64,000 nt of DNA from Octopus sinensis (lineage: Eukaryota): positions 14,818,001-14,882,000 of the forward strand of contig NC_042999.1 in assembly GCF_006345805.1 (NCBI RefSeq), given 5' to 3'. Shown here in pieces: positions 1-12,479 of this stretch (position 1 is the stretch's first letter; each line of letters opens with the position of its first letter). A program made the position numbers and the translations under genes. Under the pieces are notes generated by a model. That model was not told the DNA's origin. It was given only the letters and a program-made list of their open reading frames with translations, and did no database searches.

Positions 1-703
1 TAGATGACATTTTGCAGAAATACGTTTTCGAGAGAGTATGGATCACAACAAATTGAAAATTCAAAGAAGTTTGAGATGAATAAGGAAAAGTGCAGAAGTT
101 AGTGGTAACCGAAGTCAGATAACGAATGATAAAAATTTTACGTGCCACCAGCACTGGCGCGGCCGATGCCAATGCCATTTGACTGGCCCCCGTGCCAGTC
201 ACACTTGAAATGAGGCCTCCTGGCTTGCCAGTCCTCAGTGAAACCGTCCAACCCATGCCAGCATGGAAAGCAGACGTTAAACGATGATGATGATGATGTA
301 TAATGATATATATAATTGATAGATTGTTATCCATTCAATGTTTAGGTAAACTTCGTCACCCACCAGGAATCGAAACCACAATTTTACGATCATGATGCTG
401 ACACCTTAACCACTAAGCCACGCGCCTCCACAACGAAAGAAATATCAAAATATATTTGAAAATGAGGGTGGGGTTGAAATTACCGAGGTTCCACCCCGTT
501 TTCCGGTCCCCCCAAATAGGTTTTGTAGCATATTAGGAGGTCACCGGAATTCCCGTCAACGAAAAAAAAAAAAAAATTCCAATGATTCCGGGATATGGGG
601 AGGGGGCGGTTGCCCCTTTCTCTTTTTTTCTCCGAACAAAAATGAGTTTGCAGCATATTAGGAGGTCAGGGTACTTGATTCCACGCAAAAAAAAAATCTG
701 AGT

Positions 704-1072
704 TTTTACTCTTTTACTTGCTTCAGTTATTTGACTGGCCATGCTGAAGCAACGCCTTTAGTCGAACAAATTGACCCCAGGACTTATTCTTTGTAAGTCC
801 AATACTTATTCTATCTGTCTCTTTTACTGAACCGCTAAGTGACGGCGACGTAAACACAGCAGCATTGGTTGTCAAGCAATGCTAGGGGGACAAACACAGA
901 CACACATATATACGACGAGCTTCTTTCAGTTTCCGTCTACCAAATCCACTCACAAGGCCTTGGTTGGCCTGAGGCTATAGTAGAAGACACTTGCCCAAGG
1001 TACCACGCAGTGGGACTGAACCCGGAACCATGTGGTTGGTAAGCAAGCTACTTACCACACAGCCACTCCTGT
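704..1072 (-). mobile_element. tRNA-derived SINE family A (dominant; CORE-like body, (TACTCTTT)n tail)
   Basis: Head aggcgcaggagtggctgtgtggtaag with A box and ggttcagtccc B box; ccttgggcaagt CORE-like motif; more than 25 copies in window. Confidence 0.9.
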
Positions 1073-1500
1073 GTACTGTATACATTTAATTATTTTTATT
1101 ATTTGTGTATATTTATTTTATTATAAATGCAAACCAACACCGCGGAGGAATCGACGTAAGCTTAAATAATAAAGCGCGATAGGTGAACCGCAATATGGCG
1201 AGGGATTCAAAATGGGACATGAAACATAAAAAAAATTATGTGATATGTCTCATTATGTATATGTACCCACTCGCCTTCTTCTTTTCCACATTAAATTCCG
1301 TTATAATCACAATTTACACTATCTGAAGCATGATTGTCGAAAATTTCATTAAAAAATACCCATTTTATGAAAATTATGAGGAGATAAAGTCGGAGGGAGC
1401 ATTTCTCTGAAAGTTATGAGAAAACCAAGTCGATTCGTGTGAATTATCCGAAACTTCCCCCTCGACGAAATATTTTCCCCGAAATAACAATCCTCGCCAT

Positions 1501-1862
1501 CTTTACTCTTTTACTTGTTACAGTCATTTTGACTGCGGCCATGCTGGAGCACCGCCTTTAGTCGAGCAAATCGACCCCAGGACTTATTCTTCGTAAGCCT
1601 AGTACTTATTCTATCGGTTACTTTTGCCGAACCGCTAAGTTACGGGGACGTAAACACACCAGCATCGGTTGTCAAACGATGTTAGAGACACACAAACACA
1701 CATATATACGACGGGCTTCTTTCAGTTTCCGTTTACCAAATCCACTCACAAGGCTTTGATCGGCCCGAGGCTATTGTAGAAGACACTTGCCCAAGGTGTC
1801 AAGCAGTGGGACTGAACCAGAACCATGTGGTTGGTAAGCCAGCTACTTACCACACAGCCACT
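1501..1862 (-). mobile_element. SINE family A
   Basis: Near-identical to other copies. Confidence 0.9.
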
Positions 1863-2003
1863 GTTTATGTATATATGTACGTGTTTAAGTCCATATATGT
1901 ATATTTGTGAATGTATGTATGTGCATATACATGTATTTTTGTATATACACATACACATACAATACTTACACATACAAAGATACATAGCTATACACACAAA
2001 CAC

Positions 2004-2086
2004 GGCGGAGGTAAAGAATACGCACACCACCCGTTTTTGGCCTCACCCTAACCCTAAACACCTGATGCGTATTCTTTACCTTCGCC
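2004..2086. mobile_element. 83-bp mini-MITE (GG..CC termini, 21-bp TIRs, 9-bp TSD)
   Basis: ggcggaggtaaagaatacgca / tgcgtattctttaccttcgcc; flanks cacaaacac / cataaacac; internal accctaaccctaaa. Confidence 0.7.
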
Positions 2087-3055
2087 CATAAACACACAAT
2101 ACATACAAAAAAAAAATAACGATTTAGCTGTAAAAAAAAAAAGAAGAGAGAGAGAGAAATTATACTTTTTTACTGAAATTTTCGAAGAAAGACTTTCACT
2201 TTACACGTACGGCTATCAAAAAAGGTTGCAAATTCTGTCTGGCACACCTGCTGTACCAATTCCAAACCAATTACCCGGCTTCTAGGAAACCGATTTATTT
2301 TGGACCATTTTGAATTTGGCGGGTTTTGTGCTCGTTCGCCTCTTGATTTTTTGTTTTCATTTTTGTGGTGTACGTGCCACATGTCAGCTTCTTGTATGAC
2401 AGCTGCTGTGTTCACTTGTCTCTCTCTTTACACAATTGTTGTGGTTTAAATATTAAGTTTTAGGCAGTGAACTACCAAATCGAGGAAAGCAGATCCCTTG
2501 TCATCGTACGCTTGCCAGATAAATATAGTCTTGTACCTATAATACTCATTAAACGATTCCCTACCATTTTAATTACTGTTCATTTTACAAATTATTTTAC
2601 TGGGTTTCGTGATATTTCTCATGTTACATTATAACGACATTTAACGGGAAATGTTAAACGACATAAGTACAGATGTGTGCCCCCAACATGTCAACTTTGT
2701 TTTCTCAAAACTTTACGAAAAATGCATTTTTTAACGAAATTTGCCTGAGATACATTTTAATTGATATAGATAGGGGCTGGATTGAAATTTGCCGTGAAGA
2801 AGAGTTTGGGATAATTCACTCACCACGATTTGTTTCTTCATAACTTTCTGGAAAATTAAGACTTTTTAAACAATTTTTTTACACCATATGTTTTGTATGG
2901 TGTAGGTTGAGGTAACATCGAACCAATTTTGTTTCCTCATACGTTTTGACCCCACCCCGCTGTACTTTTTTTTTACATCGAACTCCGAAATAATCGGAAT
3001 CTATAACATTTGAGGGATATTTTTTGAAGAATTTGTTTAAAAATATCCATTTTTC

Positions 3056-3294
3056 GGTACTACTTGAGAACAGTGGTCCCGGTGCGCGCATCCGCTCTAG
3101 CTAGTCGTGACTAGTCGATCCTACAACGACTACCTAGCAAAGTAAAAACACAAAATAAATAAAAAATTTTACCTAAAGTAAATAATTTTTGTTAAACAAA
3201 GTAAATAAAACACAAAAACACAAAGTAAGGATCGACTAGTCATGACTAGCTAGCGCGAGTGCGCGCACCGGAACCACTGTTCTCAAGTAGTACC
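3056..3294. mobile_element. Merlin/Mutator-like MITE with ~65-bp TIRs
   Basis: ggtactacttgagaacagtggtcccggtgcgcgca ... tgcgcgcaccggaaccactgttctcaagtagtacc; 8-bp TSD catttttc. Confidence 0.85.
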
Positions 3295-4169
3295 CATTTT
3301 TCATAAAGTTGGGGGTTTTTTTGTGTGGCGGAGTGGGGGGCGAGGCCCACATCTTTTTGTTATTGCCGTTACACAAATACCTACTGTATGGCCTTGACCC
3401 GAAAACAGTGACCTCGCGATTTTGCTGAATAATAATGTTGTTTACCTAAAAAGTTCTTAACCGTTAATGAATGATATATTTACATACACACACACACACA
3501 CTCCTTTGGTAAGTGTATAGTGGTGAGAGCTTTTGCAAAACTGGAAAATACTAGGTTAAATAGAAGCAGTGCATTATTTTTAGTTAAAATCATATGTTAG
3601 ACAAGATGATAACAAATCAATATTGATTTTATTCGTTCATTGAGTTCACAAGACTTTAGAGTTTCCAAATATTTATTTCTCTCAGTTTGCTGTACTTATT
3701 TAATGAAAGTGAACAACAAATTAACACATGCAATGATATTTTGCGATGCACTACAAACAACCCTAACCCTAATTCTGAATCCTAAAACCTAACCCTAACT
3801 TAGATTAACCCTCAGTATATAACATATAACCATGTACATCGTTTAGAACATTGTCATTATATAAGATTTTGCTGGGAAACTTTTAAATTAACATAAACAT
3901 TTATTTACCTGAAAGAAAATTACCGTAGAACTTACACCTAATTCTTCCAAATATATCTGTTAAAACTGAATTGAAACCATTTGTGGGGAAATTTTTGTAT
4001 CACAGCAGCTGGTCACACCCCACAAGGTTTAACGGGGCCTACTGAAGCAAGCCAGCATGGTCACAGCATTACCGCAGGCGATGGCGAGGCTAAGGCGTTG
4101 GGAAAGCCCTCACGGGCATCAGCTGAAAAGACCCTGTTGTGTGTGTGTATGTATATATATACCATTATC

Positions 4170-4545
4170 GTCATCATCATTTAACATCCGCTTTCCATAC
4201 TAGCATTGGTTGGACGATTTGACTGAGGACTGGCAAACCAGATGGCTGCACCAGGCTCCAATCTGATCTGGTAGGGTTTCTACAGCTGGATGCCCTTCCT
4301 AACGCCAACCACTCTGAGAGTGTAGTGGGTGCTTTTACGTGCCACTGACACGAGGGCCAGTCTGGCGGTACTGGCAACGGCCATGCTCAAATGGTGTTTT
4401 TTACGTGCCACCTACACAGGAGTCAGTCCAGACCTCGCTTGAAAGTTTTAGTACACGTGCCAGTAGGGTGACGCTGGTAACGATCACGCTCAAATGGTGC
4501 TTTTTACGTGCCACCAGTACAGAAGCCAGACAGCTGCTCTGGCAG
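4170..4545 (-). mobile_element. SINE family C (ggaagggcatccagctgtagaaa body, (GAT)n tail)
   Basis: Tail catcatcatttaacatccgctttccat shared with more than 12 copies (e.g. 24505-24955, 36298-36692, 40983-41278). Confidence 0.8.
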
Positions 4546-4796
4546 TGATACACATACACACACACACACAACAAGCTTTTTTTCAGTTTCCGTCTACAAA
4601 ATCCACTCAAATCTTTCCAAGTTATTCTAAGGCTATAATAGAATAGATTTGTCCAAGGTGCCATCCAATGGGACTGAACCCAGACCCATGTGATTGGGAA
4701 ACAAGCTTTTTACAACACAACCATGCCTGCACAATAAATTGTTCATTCTACAATACACAAAATTTAACAGTTTTTTTATACAATTCCAAATAATAA

Positions 4797-5173
4797 TCTA
4801 TATATATAAAGCTGAAGTTGTCTGTGTATGGTAGGTTTGGTAGCCTTCAACTAACACTATCTCCTCTTAGACCCTGCCGGCGCAAGTTGACCAAAATTGA
4901 GAGTATGATAGAAGAAGGCTTGCTCTTCATTCTGTAGAAGATAAAATTGAAATCGGACCATGTTAACACCAAAAAAGGTGCTTTTTTTCAATGAAAATCC
5001 CTATTTTTTACGATTTTTTGCCTGCTGTGTTGCCATTTTTCGGTGTATTTCAACCAGAAAAATGTTCACTTGAAGGGAATAACAAGCTACATAATGCAAA
5101 ATTTTTACTTTTCAAAAATTCCAATTCTAAAGGGTCGAAACAAAACCCAAGTAACACTGGGCGATACTGCTAG
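4797..5173 (+). mobile_element. Non-autonomous Helitron
   Basis: 5' TC after A, 3' hairpin ccca..tggg then CTAG before T. Confidence 0.8.
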
Positions 5174-5532
5174 TTAATCATAAAATCATAACAGTATTTT
5201 TTGAACATCAAATAACTGTGAGTGTCTACCTGGGCAAAATAAGAATCAAAGAGGCCTCAGGTAAAAATTGATTGAGAACCATTGATCTAGGTGAAGGAGC
5301 TATGTACTTGACCTTTGCAGCCTTCTAGGATTGACAAAGACAGTGTTATTAACATTCCTTTAGCAGAGGTACAAGTCAACAGCTACAGGTAAATGTGTAC
5401 AGGAAAGGAATTTCTTAGAAGTGGGATGTTCTGGGGCCTTAGTCTAATATATATATATGTGTGCATGTGGGAGTATTGTGATTCTAACACTATGTTTATA
5501 AAGAGATTTTTTTCAATAGAGTATATATAGAG

Positions 5533-5958
5533 TAGGCGTAGAAGTGGCTGTGTGGTAAGTAGCTTGCTTACCAACCACATGGTTCCGGGTTCAGTCCCAC
5601 TGCGTGACACCTTGGGCAGGTGTCTTCTACTATAACTTCGGGCCAACCAAAGCCTTGTCAGTGGATTTAGTAGACGGAAACTGAAAGAAGCCTGTTGTAT
5701 ATACGTATATATATATATATATATACGTATGTTTGTGTCCGTGTTTGTCCCCCCCAACATCGCTTGACATCTGATGCTGGTGTGTTTACGTCCCCGTAAC
5801 CTAGCAGTTCGGCAAAAGTCACCGATAGAATAAGTGCTAGGTTTACAAAGAATAAGTCCTGGGGTCGATTTGTTTGACTAAAAGGCGGTGCTCCAGCATG
5901 GCCGCAGTCAATTGACTGAAACAAATAAAAGAGTAAAAGAGAGAGAGAGAGTAAAGAG
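5533..5958 (+). mobile_element. SINE family A, full length
   Basis: Head-to-tail match to family. Confidence 0.9.
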
Positions 5959-6451
5959 TATATGTATGTAGTATGATATACTGAAGTGTAATTTTAATTC
6001 AATGCTGTTCACTTGTGTTCACCATGTAAAAAGATTAGATGTAATAAACCTTGTAATTTGTGTGTGTGTGGGTTGGCTAGGTGGACACAACCCAAATGAA
6101 GGGAAGTGAGGAGTTGAGTGTATCAGGAATGTCTATGTCAACATGAAATGAAACTAGTGAGATTCAAGACGTAGGGGTCACTACAGTCCTGATAAAAAGG
6201 GACAGCATATTTGTGGGTTGAAGGTCAAAGTGTAATGTAAAAGTGAGCAACTAAATGCCAGTCAGTCAAATGTGCTTTGTAGCTGGGAGTAAAAATAAAG
6301 ATAATTAAATTGTTGCAAATGTCCATTTATAGGGAGTAAATTAGGGAGTAAGTTGGCAGAATTGGTAAAGCATTGGCTACATTGCATTGTAGCATATATT
6401 TCTTATCATTTGAGTGCAGACTCTGTTGGGGGTTGGGGTGGGAACACAATA

Positions 6452-6867
6452 TTACTCTCTTTTACTTGTTTCAGACATTTGACTGTGGCCATGCTGGAGC
6501 ACCACCTTTAGTCGAGCACATTGACCCCAGGACTTATTCTTTGTAAGCCTAGTACTTATTCTATCGGTCGCTTTTGCCGAACCACTAAGTTACGGGGATG
6601 TAAACACACCAGCATTGATTGTCAAGCGATGTTGGGGGGACAAACACAGACATATAAACATATACACACACAAACACACATACATATATATATATAGGCA
6701 TACAATGGGCTTCTTTCAGTTTCCGTCTACCAAATCCACTCACAAGGCTTTGGTTGGCCTGAGGCTATAGTAGAAGACACTTGCCGAAGTTGCCATGCAG
6801 TGGGACTGAACCCGAAACCATGTAGTTTGTAAGCAAACTACTTACCACACAGCCACTCCTACGCCTA
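6452..6867 (-). mobile_element. SINE family A, full length
   Basis: Head-to-tail match to family. Confidence 0.9.
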
Positions 6868-8191
6868 TTGTGCATTAACTTTTACCAGTGTTATTCTAAA
6901 TATTTCAATGTGTTCTTTGTCCTTAGATTAATTGTTCTCTTGGTGTTTACGATCTATTATAAAACATCTTGAATCTTGATGGATGACTGTCATAAAACCA
7001 TTTTCTATTGAGACAGAGCAATGCTTAATTCATGTGAGGAGGTATAGGGTAAAAGCAGAAAATAAATTTTGTATCTTCATCATCATCATTGTGGCTCTGG
7101 TAAGAAGTATCTTCCCAACCACTTGGTTCTGGGTTCAATCCCACTGCATGTCGCTTTGAGCAAGTGTCTTCTACTATAGCCTCTGGCTAACTAAAGCCTT
7201 GTAAATGGATTTGGCAGATGGAAACTAAAAGAAACCTGTCGTGTGTGTATGTGTCCCACTACTCCTTGACAACTGGTGTTGGTGTGTTTATGCCCCTGTA
7301 ACTTCTCAGTTCAGCAAAAGAGACTGATAGAATAAGTACCAGGTTTAAAAAAAGGAGTGTTAGGGTCAATTCATTCAATTAAAATTTCTTCAAGGTGGCA
7401 CTCCAGCATGGCCTCAGTTGAAACAAGTCACTGATAACAGATAACAGTTCATCATCATCGTTTAACATCCACTTTTTCATGCTGGTATGGGTCAGATGGA
7501 ATTCATTGAGCCAGGTTTTCTAGTCTGGATGTCTTTCCTGTTGCTAACCATCACCTGTTCCTTATAAGGTATTTTCTCTCCCACACATCATGGCTGGACA
7601 TATGTCTCTCAGGAGATTGGGAAAGAACAACACCACTTGTATGACGGTGATACTTGTTTACAACTGTTGTGCAATGTCAAGGACACACACACAATGAGTT
7701 TTCTTTCAGTTTCTGTTTACCAAATCCACTTGCAAGGTGTTGATCAGGTCAGTTTGGAGCTGTAAAAGAAGAAACTACCCAAAGGTGCCACACAGTGGGA
7801 CTGAACCCAAACCCATGTGGTTGGGAATCAAGCTTCTTAACCAAATACCCATACATAGTTCTTTAAAAAACATGATCATTTTGGTTGGAGGAGAACTGTG
7901 GTCACAGGTATGAAATGATAGAACAATCTTGCACCACACAGACAAACAAATAGGAATGCTAGAAATAGAAGTCAAATTACACTACATTGCCTTAAATGGA
8001 AGGACACAGAATAATCCTTTCTACAATAAGCACAAGGGCTGAAATTTTTAGAGGAGGGGTTAAGTCAATTATATCAACCCTCGTGCGCAACTGGTATCTA
8101 TTTGCATTATATATTTTTTGCAAGATTGGTACTTATTCTGTTGGTCACTTTGGCCAGACTGTTAAGTTATAGATACACATACATAGATACA

Positions 8192-8600
8192 CAGGCGCAG
8201 GAGTGGCTGTGTGGTAAGTAGCTTGCTTACCAATAACATGGTTCCGGGTTCAGTCCCACTGCGTGGCACCTTGGGCAAGTGTCTTCTGCTATAGCCCCAG
8301 GCCGACCAATGCCTTGTGAGTGGATTTGTTAGACGGAAACTGAAAGAAGCCTGTCGTATATGTGTATATATGTGTATGTGTGTGTATATATGTGTATGTG
8401 TGTGTATATGTTTGTGTGTCTGTGTTTGTCTCCCTAGCATTGCTTGACAACCGATGCTGGTGTGTTTACGTCCCCGTCACTTAGCGGTTTCGGCAAAAGA
8501 GACCGATAGAATAAGTACTAGGCTTACAAAGAATAAGTCCCGGGGTCGATTTGCATGACTAAAGGCTGTGCTCCAGCATGGCCGCAGTCAAATGACTGAA
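8192..8600 (+). mobile_element. SINE family A, full length
   Basis: Head-to-tail match to family. Confidence 0.9.
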
Positions 8601-9076
8601 ACAAGTAAAAGAGTAGAAGAGTATACATATATTTTTACACACAAACATAGAAATAAAATTGCAGTCTTCCCTGCTTTTCCCATTGATAAATTAGTAGCAA
8701 AGCTCAGTCAACGCTCAAGCAATGCCACACACACAAACACACACACACACACACAAACACACACAAACACACATGAACTGTGTTGTGATTGACAAGCAAG
8801 CAGAGTATATTTGCTTGTAATTTTTTTGTTTTTCTTATGAAGGACAGACAATCTGGATTCACTTTAACAATGATGATTGATGGTGATTGATGATTGAAGA
8901 ATGGTAGTTGGTTGGAAAAGAGCTGTGGTCACAGGTATGAAATGAAAGAACAATCTTACACCACACAGACGAACAAATAGGAATGCTAGAAATAGAAGTC
9001 AAATTACACTTCTTTGCTTTAAATGGAAGGACACAGAATAATAGTCAATAACTGCATCTGCTAAATTTTCAAAAAA

Positions 9077-9152
9077 AAACTAGGTCAACCAGGATGTGAG
9101 TGACATCTCCTCCCCTTACATGTGATCATATGTGTCAGGTCAAAAGTTCATG
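9077..9152 (+). promoter_or_regulatory. Candidate nuclear-receptor module 1: RORE plus DR2
   Basis: AAACTAGGTCA at 9077-9087; AGGTCA-aa-AGTTCA at 9137-9150. Confidence 0.45.
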
Positions 9153-9956
9153 CAATCATGTGCAGTTTCTCATTAACATATGTGTCTAGACAATTAGCAT
9201 AACACTTCTTTTTTCTCTATTTCTTCTCTCTATTATTTCTTTATTCTTTTACTTGTTTCAGTCATTAGATTGTGGCCATGCTGGAGCCCAGCCTTGGATG
9301 GTTTAGTCCAGTGGTCACTCTTTTACTTGTTTCAGTCATTTGATTGCAGCCATGCTGGAGCATTGCCTTTAGTCGAGCAAATCGACCCCAGGACTTATTC
9401 GTTGGAAGCCTAGTACTTATTCTATCATTCTCTTTTGACAAACCGCTAAATTAGAGGGATACCAGCATCAGTTGTTAAGCAATGTTGGGGGTACAAACAC
9501 ACACACACATACATATATATATATACGACGGGCTTCTTTCAGTTTCCATCAACCAAATCCACTCACAAGGCTTGGTCGGCCTGAAGCTAGAGTAGAAGAC
9601 ACTTGCCCAAGTTTCCACGCAGTAGGATTGAACCCAGAACCATGTGGTTGGAAAGCAAGCTTCTTACCACATGGCTACTCCTGCACCTATATATATTTAT
9701 TCTTAAACAAGAATCTCAATGACAGTTTCAGCCAGCTAAGCCATCTTCCAACAAAGGCTTAGATGGCCAAAACTTCGAAGTTACAGTCAACAGCATTCTT
9801 ATTAATAAATAATAAATTTGTACTCTACAAGAGCACAGAGTCACCCATCAGATTAATGTAAAATTGTTTTCATTATAATTGAACATAAAATGAAACCGAA
9901 ATATGTATATATACTCATATATATATATGTGTGTGTGTGTGTATTATGTATGTATA

Positions 9957-10333
9957 TACTCTTACTCTTTTACTTGTTTCAGTCATTTGACTGCAGCCAT
10001 GCTGGAGCACCGCCTTTAATCGAGCAACTCAACCCCGGGACTTATTCTTTTGTAAGCCCAGTACTTATTCTATCGGTCTCTTTTGCCGAACCGCTAAGTA
10101 ACGGGGACATAAACACACCAGCATCGGTTGTCATGCAATCCTAGGGGGACAAACACAGACACACAAACACACATATATACGACGGGCTTCTTTCAGTTTC
10201 CATCTACCAAATCCACTCACAAGGCTTTGGTCGGCCCGAGGCTATAGTAGAAGACACTTGCCCAATGTGCCACGCAGTGGGACTGAACCCGGAACCATGT
10301 AAGCTACTTACCACACAGCCACTTCTGCGCCTA
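9957..10333 (-). mobile_element. SINE family A
   Basis: Match to family. Confidence 0.9.
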
Positions 10334-10585
10334 TATATCATCATCATCATCATCATCGTTTAACGTCCGTTTTCCGCGCTAGCACGGGTTGGACGGTTTC
10401 GACCGGGGTCTGGGGAGCTCGGGACTGCCCCAGGCTCCAGTCTAGTCTGGCAGTGTTTCTACAGCTGGATGCCCTTCCTAACGCCAACCACTCCGCGAGT
10501 GTAGTGGGTGTTTTTTACGTGCCACCTGCACAGGTGCCAGAGGGGTCTGGCATCGGCCACGTTCGGATGGTGCTTTTTTTTTTTA

Positions 10586-11381
10586 TGGGGGGGGGGGTGC
10601 AGAAATATAGGGGAGCACCAGCGGGAGGGGTGGTTCAGAGGATAGGTACTAGGCAAGTAGAACGTAGGATATCGAGAGAGGGGTAATGCATGGTGAAATA
10701 GCGTATTGAAGAGGGGGGTTCAAAGAGTAGACACCTATAATGGTGGTGGGGGGGTGCAGAAATATAGGGGAGCACCAGTGGGAGGGGTGGTTCAGAGGAC
10801 AGGTTCTAGGCAAGTAGAACGTAGGATATCGAGAGAGGGGTAATGCATGGTGAAATAGCGTATTGAAGAGGGGGGTTCAAAGAGTAGACACTTATAATGG
10901 TGGTGGGGGGGGTGCAGAAATATAGGGGAGCACCAGTGGGAGGGGTGGTTCAGAGGACAGGTTCTAGGCAAGTAGAACGTAGGATATCGAGAGAGGGGTA
11001 ATGCATGGTGAAATAGCGTATTGAAGAGGGGGGTTCAAAGAGTAGACACCTATAATGGTGGTGGGGGGGGTGCAGAAATATAGGGGAGCACCAGTGGGAG
11101 GGGTGGTTCAGAGGACAGGTTCTAGGCAAGTAGAACGTAGATATCGAGAGAGGGGTAATGGCATGTGAAATAGCGTATTGAAGCGGGGGGGTTTCAAAGA
11201 GTAGACACCTATAATGGTGGGGGAGGGGGTGCAGAAATATAGGGGAGCACCAGTGGGAGGGGTGGTTCAGAGGACAGGTTCTAGGCAAGTAGAACGTAGG
11301 ATATCGAGAGAGGGGTAATGTATGGTGAAATAGCGTATTGAAGAGGGGGGTTCAAAGAGTAGACACCTATATGGTGGTGGG
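10586..11381. repeat. G-rich tandem repeat, ~158-bp unit x5
   Basis: tgcagaaatataggggagcacc recurs at 10598, 10755, 10913, 11071 and 11230. Confidence 0.95.
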
Positions 11382-11845
11382 AGAAACGACATCCGGTATA
11401 GTTGGAGCAAAATAGAGATATCCGGTATTGGTGGTGGGGGTGGGCGGGCGGGCGCGCGGCCGCCGAAGAATCGGCAGCCAATTTCTAATCAGCCCTGTAA
11501 GGGAGATAGATCTTAAATATCTATAACGATAACTAGTGAATTATACAGAATATGCAAAAACGAGGCGAGGCTGAAATAGTAAACAGAGTGGCGACTAGGG
11601 GGATCGGAATAATAATAATTAATAAATAATAATAATAAATAGAGATACGGATGAATTAAAGTTCAAAGATTTCTTATCTTGGGATCACTTCGTTTACGGA
11701 CAGACTTGGCAAAAGGAATTCGGAATCAAGAATGAGGCAAGTTACTAGCTTAAGTATGCATAGCCATGGCGAGGAGTAGGAAGAGAAGGAGTCCAGACAG
11801 ACAATGTAAAAAGAGGGGGAGAGAAACCCCGCGAAGAATCGGCAG

Positions 11846-11879
<34 letters not shown>

Positions 11880-12256
11880 ATTTACTTGTTTCAGTCATTT
11901 GACTGTGGCCATGCTGGAGCACTGCCTTTAGTCAAGGAAATCGACCCCAGGACTTATTTTTGTAAGCCTAGTACTTATTCTATCAGTGTCTTTTGCCGAG
12001 CTGCTAAGTTACGGGGACGTAAACACACCAGCATAGGTTGTCAAGCGATGTTGGGGGTGGAGGACAAACACAACACACATATATATATATATATACATAT
12101 ATACGACGGGCTTCTTTCAGTTTCCGTCTACCAAATCCACTCACAAGGCTTTGGTCGGCCCAGGTCTATAGTAGAAGACAATTGCCCAAGGTGCCACGCA
12201 GTGGGATTGAACCCGGAACCATGTGGTTCGTAAGCAAGCTACTTACCACACGCCTA
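11880..12256 (-). mobile_element. SINE family A
   Basis: Match to family. Confidence 0.9.
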
Positions 12257-12260
12257 TATG

Positions 12261-12307
<47 letters not shown>

Positions 12308-12390
12308 TATGTATTGCATGGCTAAGACAGATAAAAGTAAAGAAACAAAGACAGAAGTATTATTTTGTTCTAATCAGAAAGTGAGATGAA

Positions 12391-12479
12391 TCAGGTCAAA
12401 AGTTCATGTTATCTTCAAATAGTGGGTTTGCGTGTATGGGGTGGAGGAGATGTCACCTATGCCCCGGGTGACCTAGTTT
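12391..12479. promoter_or_regulatory. Candidate nuclear-receptor module 2: DR2 plus RORE
   Basis: AGGTCA-aa-AGTTCA at 12393-12406; TGACCTAGTTT (RORE on - strand) at 12469-12479. Confidence 0.45.

Noticed and set aside
3759-3812. Interstitial telomere or chromosome fusion site
   Set aside because: Only a few degenerate CCCTAA units, as seen inside local MITEs
4010-4137. Possible HDV-like ribozyme (ggcgaggctaaggcg end)
   Set aside because: Could not build the double pseudoknot by eye; probably a retroposon fragment
10586-11381. CRISPR-like or ribozyme array
   Set aside because: Units are identical along their whole length (no spacers), context is eukaryotic, and there is no CUGANGA/GAAA core on either strand
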